64,000 nucleotides of DNA from an uncultured delta proteobacterium (GTDB taxonomy: Bacteria > Desulfobacterota > Binatia > Binatales > Binataceae). The stretch covers positions 163,188-227,187 of the forward strand of contig CAVURG010000006.1 in NCBI GenBank assembly GCA_963743865.1, read 5' to 3'. The translations under genes were made by a program, and so were the position numbers. The notes under the pieces were generated by a model. It saw only the letters and a program-made list of their open reading frames with translations. It was not told the origin of the DNA and made no database searches. The first letter of the stretch is position 1; each line of letters opens with the position of its first letter. This document shows, one piece after another, positions 59,846 through 64,000 of the stretch.

Positions 59846-59945
59846 GCAGGGGTGACCCCTGCACCCAATGTTAAGGCCGCGCTCCGTTGTCGCGCGCGGC
59901 CCCTGCCAACGGCTTAATACTGCGCTGCCGTCGCCACGGCCAGGG
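59846..59945. repeat. second member of the REP/MITE-like repeat family
   Basis: GCAGGGG-tga-CCCCTGC-ACCC at 59846-59866; 33 bp CTTAATACTGCGCTGCCGTCGCCACGGCCAGGG identical to 8930-8962. Confidence 0.85.
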
Positions 59946-60056
59946 CGGCGCCGGCTTTTCGACGGTGGCGTAAACCAGCGCGGATCGAGGGACCCGCGCG
60001 AATCCGACGCAGTGAAACAGTGAAAAAGTGAAAAGGGGGAAAGCGAAATGGAGGCG

Positions 60057-62382
60057 CTATACGGGAGACGTCGAGGCTGGCGCAGGCGCGGCCTGCTCGG
60101 CGGCGGGAGCGGCAGCTTTGTAGCCGCATTCCTTGTTGGCGCATTGCCAGGTGATGCCGGTGCGCTTCAAGTTCTTCTCGACCATGTAGTTCGCGCCGCA
60201 AGACGGGCATGGATGCGGGACGACTTTGTCCCAGGCCGCGAATTTACATTTTGGATAGCGGCCGCATCCGTAGAAAATTTTTCCGCGGCGGCTGCGACGC
60301 TCGAGGATTTCGCCTTCCTTGCACTCCGGACACGCGACCCCGGTCTTCGACGGCGCCGATTGCAGGCGCTTGATTCCGTCGCACTCCGGATACCCCGAGC
60401 ATCCCAGGAATTCGCCAAAGCGTGAGCGCCGCTTGACCATCGGCTTGCCGCACTTCTCGCAGACTTCATCGGTAGGCACGGGCGCCGACGGAGCCTTGAG
60501 CGTGATCTTGCCCTGGTCGTCGCGCGCGATCTCTCCGGTGTTGGTGCATTTGGGGTAGTTCGAGCAGGCGACGAACTCGCCGTTGCGCCCCCATTTGATC
60601 ACCATGTCGCCGCCGTCGAGCTCGCATTTGAGCCCGGTGGGCAAACCCTTGCGCTTGACCTCGGGCATTTTATCCTTCGCCTCGGCCAGGTCCTTCGCGA
60701 ACGGGCCGTAAAAGCGCCCGAGCGTCTTCACCCAGTTCTCGGCGCCTGCTTCGACCTTGTCGAGATCCTCTTCGAACTGCGCGGTGAAGCCGGATTCCAA
60801 AATGTCGGGAAACGCCTTGACCAGCATGTCGTTGACGACCCGCCCAAGCGACGTCGGACGCATCCGCTTGCTCTCGTCTTCTTCGACGTACTCGACCTTC
60901 AGGATGCTCGTCATGATTGCGGCGTAGGTCGAGGGACGCCCTATGCCCTGTTCTTCGAGCTCCTTGATGAGCGTGGCTTGCGTGAAGCGCGGCGGCGGCT
61001 GGGTGAAATGCTGCTCGGGTTCCAGCCCGAGCAATTTGAGCGTCTCGCCTTCGCTGAGTAACGGCAGGGTGCCTTCTTCGTCTTCGCCGGAGGTATCGTC
61101 CTGGCCTTCGATATACACGCGCATGAAGCCGTCGAACTTCATCACCTGCCCGGTCGCGCGGAAAATCGCGTGGGCAGATTCGATGTCCACGGTCGTGCGG
61201 TCGTACACCGCCGGGGTCATCTGGCTCGAGACGAAGCGGTTGTAAATCAGCGTGTAGAGCGCGAGCGCATCCTTGTCGAGGTAGCGGGCGATCGATTCGG
61301 GGTCGCGCTCGACGGCGGTCGGGCGAATAGCTTCGTGCGCGCCCTGCGCCTGCTTGCCGGATCGATAAAAGTTCGGCTTGTCGGGAACGTACTGCTTGCC
61401 ATAGCGCGAGCCGATATGGTTGCGGACGGACTCGAGCGCCTGGTCGGAAACGCGCGGCGAGTCGGTGCGCATATAAGTGATAAGCCCGACCGCGCCCTGC
61501 TCGCCAAGCTCGACGCCCTCGTACAGCTTCTGCGCGATCTGCATCGTGCGCCGCGGCTGAAAGTAGAGCTTGCGCGAGGCCTCCTGCTGAAGCCGCGAGG
61601 TGATGAACGGGGGCGTCGGACTGCGGCGGACTTCCTTGCGCTCGACGCTTTTGACTTTGAAGGGCGCAGCCTCGACGGCCGCCATGATCGCGCGCGCCTC
61701 GATCTCGGGCCAGCTTGCGGGATTTGTTGTCGATGCGGTCGTCTTTGTAGCTGAAGAGCCGCGCCTTGAACGGCGGGGGATTCTTGCCGGAAAGGCGGGC
61801 GTCGAGCGTCCAGTACTCTTCGGCGCGGAATGCCTCGCGCTCGCGTTCGCGATCGACGATTATCCGCAGCGCAACCGATTGCACGCGCCCGGCGCTGATC
61901 CCGCGCTTGACCTTGTCCCACAGCAGCGGACTTATCTTGTAGCCAACCAGCCGATCGAGCACCCGGCGCGCCTGGTACGCGTCGAACAGGTTGTGATCGA
62001 GGTCCGAAGGATTGGCGACCGCCTGCTTGACGGCAGCAGCCGTGATTTCATGGAGCAGCACGCGGCGGACGTTGGACTTGGTCTTGCCGAGATGATCGGC
62101 GATATGCCACGCGATCGCCTCGCCTTCGCGGTCGGGGTCGCTGGCGAGGTAGATATTCTCCTTGCCCTTGGCGGCGCTCTTGATCTCGCCGATTACCTTC
62201 TCTTTGCCCTTGATTACGACGTAGTCGGGAGCGAAATCGTGCTCGACATCGACGCCCAGCTTGCTCTTGGGCAGGTCCACCACGTGCCCGACCGAGGGCA
62301 TGACCTGGTAATCGCTACCGAGGTAACGCTTGATGGTTTTCGCCTTTGCGGGCGATTCGACGATTACGAGATTTTTTGCCAC
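60057..62382 (-). CDS. topA: DNA topoisomerase I; one frameshift ~61705
   Basis: LVIVESPAKAKTI, ASDPDREGEAIAWH, SAGRVQS, PFITSRLQQ, GLITYMRTDS, AHEAIRPT, GIGRPSTYA, three C-terminal Zn ribbons. Confidence 0.96.
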
Positions 62383-62459
62383 CGATTTAGGCGCCTCCAG
62401 CTCCCATTCCCCCACCCATTCCCAGTGAGGGCAAGAGCTACAGGCGCACCCTGCCAGAC

Positions 62460-63650
62460 TTATGCAAGCGAGAAAAGCTTGCCCGGATGCTGGGTAACGC
62501 GACCCTCGAGTTCCAGTTCCAGCAATAACCTAAGCACGGTTTGGGCATTTAGCCCGGAGGACTCGATTATCGAATCAACGTGGAGCCTTTCGGATTCTTT
62601 TAGATTCTCTAAGATTGTCATAGCATCATTAGCAACTACTTCGAGAGTCTTGGCACCTTCGGCCGAGCTCGGCAATGGGAGCGACTTCAGCTCTCGTGTC
62701 GGACGTTGCATGCGTCGGAGCCTGTTCTATCGGATTGGTTGGGCAGGCTCCGGGTCGCGCACCGGCCTGCTGCCCATCTGAGGCGCCAGCTCCTCGATCA
62801 CGTCCTCGACGCATTCGACCAGCTTCGCGCCGTCCTTCAGCAGGCGATTGCTGCCTCGCGTTTTGCCGGACAGCGGGCTGCCGGGAACGGCGAACACCTG
62901 GCGATCCTGTTCGAGCGCCATCCGCGCCGTGATCAGCGAGCCGCTTTTTTCGGCCGCCTCGACGATTACGACGCCCAGGCATAGGCCCGACAGGATGCGG
63001 TTGCGAGTTGGGAAGTTCTCCGCCAGCGGCTGCGTTCCAATCGGGAGTTCACTGACGAGGGCGCCGCCGCCCGCGAGGATCGCGTCGGCCAGCTTGCGAT
63101 GCTCGGCGGGATAGATGACGTCAACGCCGCATCCCAGCACAGCGAGCGTTTTGCCGTGCGCGTCGAGCGCTCCCTGATGCGCCTCGCCGTCGATTCCACG
63201 CGCCAGGCCGCTCACGACGGTGAAGCCCTTGGCGGCGAGCTCGAGGCCGAGCCTCTGCGCCATCCGCCGGCCGATATCGCTGGCCGCGCGAGCGCCGACG
63301 ATTGCGATGCAGGCGGCATCGCTGAGCTGGGCTTGGCCGCGCACGAACAGGAATGGCGGCGGGTCGGCGATTTGGCGCAAATTTGGCGGATAGTCGGCGT
63401 CAGTCCATTTGACGAGGCGCGCGCCGATGTTCGGCAGCTCGCACAGCTCTTTCTCGAGCGGTTCGAAGTCGCGAAACTCGGCGATATTGCGCGCGGTGTT
63501 GCGCGGCACGCCGGCGGCTGCGATCTCGCCGGAATTGAGCTGGAATATTTTTTCGGGCGCGCCGAACTTTTCGATCAGCAGCTTGCAGGTTCGCGGACCG
63601 ACTCCGCGAGCACGTCTCAATGCGAGCCAATATACGTCTGGTGACGGCAT
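62460..63650 (-). CDS. dprA: DNA-processing protein DprA/Smf; reading-frame break between 62640 and 62730 before the winged-helix domain
   Basis: YPPNLRQIADPPPFLFVRG, AIVGAR, VVSGLARGID..AH.GAL, FPTRNRILSGL, SGSLITA, VFAVPG; ORF 62460..62711 encodes LHVDSII...LLELELEG. Confidence 0.92.
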
Positions 63651-64000
63651 CGCGCACCACCCGCGACAATCGCGCGGCTCCCTTTCGATGGACAGCCGGC
63701 AATTTCGCGCTGTGATATAAGTAAGTTGTTCTTAACGCCGAAGATTCGCAACCTGATCATCAAAGCGGCGGATTGCGCGGCGACGGGCCGCCGGAGGCAT
63801 CGCCGCGGCCGCGTTTTATTGATCGTGCGAAAGGAATCGCATAAGTTACGCACAACCGTCTCATCTGATATTATTACACATTGGCCGTCGTTTTTTGACG
63901 GTTGACGGAGGACGAAGTATTGGGCGCTACATCACTTGCAACGAGAGATTTCACCGGAATGTCTGCGAAAGAGAAGCAGATTCTCATCTTTAGCTTCTAT

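Noticed and set aside
61690-61720. Programmed ribosomal frameshifting in topA, metH and others
   Set aside because: No slippery heptamer with a stimulatory structure; indels are scattered in both directions, which fits sequencing error.
63902-64000. Partial ORF MTEDEVLGATSLATRDFTGMSAKEKQILIFSFY at the right edge
   Set aside because: Too short and truncated to support a call.
1-64000. tRNA, rRNA, transposase, integrase, reverse transcriptase or prophage genes
   Set aside because: None recognised by eye or in the ORF track; small ncRNAs cannot be excluded without covariance-model searches.

Overview
GC-rich bacterial chromosomal window with no rRNA, tRNA, CRISPR, transposase or integrase detected. 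The gene style suggests a Binatota/deltaproteobacteria-like lineage, but this is an unverified inference. Left to right: (1) a PLP-dependent sphingosine-1-phosphate-lyase-like gene and an FGGY kinase, separated by a higBA toxin-antitoxin pair; (2) cfa and a hotdog dehydratase; (3) a Fur-box-controlled perR/fur-rubrerythrin-Fe-S oxidoreductase-DUF3501 operon interrupted by a modular hairpin repeat; (4) a divergent secreted beta-propeller / DUF1302-like outer-membrane pair; (5) a ~29.5 kb surface-polysaccharide locus (NusG paralog, SLBB export protein, lytic transglycosylase, Wzi, Wzz, GTs, Wzy-like protein, 3 methyltransferases, carbamoyltransferase, GDP-mannose 3,5-epimerase, gmd); (6) yjbQ, metH, an SDR epimerase and two tandem Zn-ADHs; (7) three tandem GT-C-like membrane paralogs plus an ArnT-like gene; (8) HU-trmFO-topA-dprA. 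The most notable observations are two genes in the polysaccharide locus that are each bracketed by exact direct repeats (18 bp and 58 bp) of a neighbouring gene-start junction, a dispersed REP/MITE-like repeat family, and a mosaic GT-C gene array. About 11 genes carry small indels, including topA and metH, so many frameshifts are probably sequencing or assembly errors and fine-scale claims need read-level confirmation.
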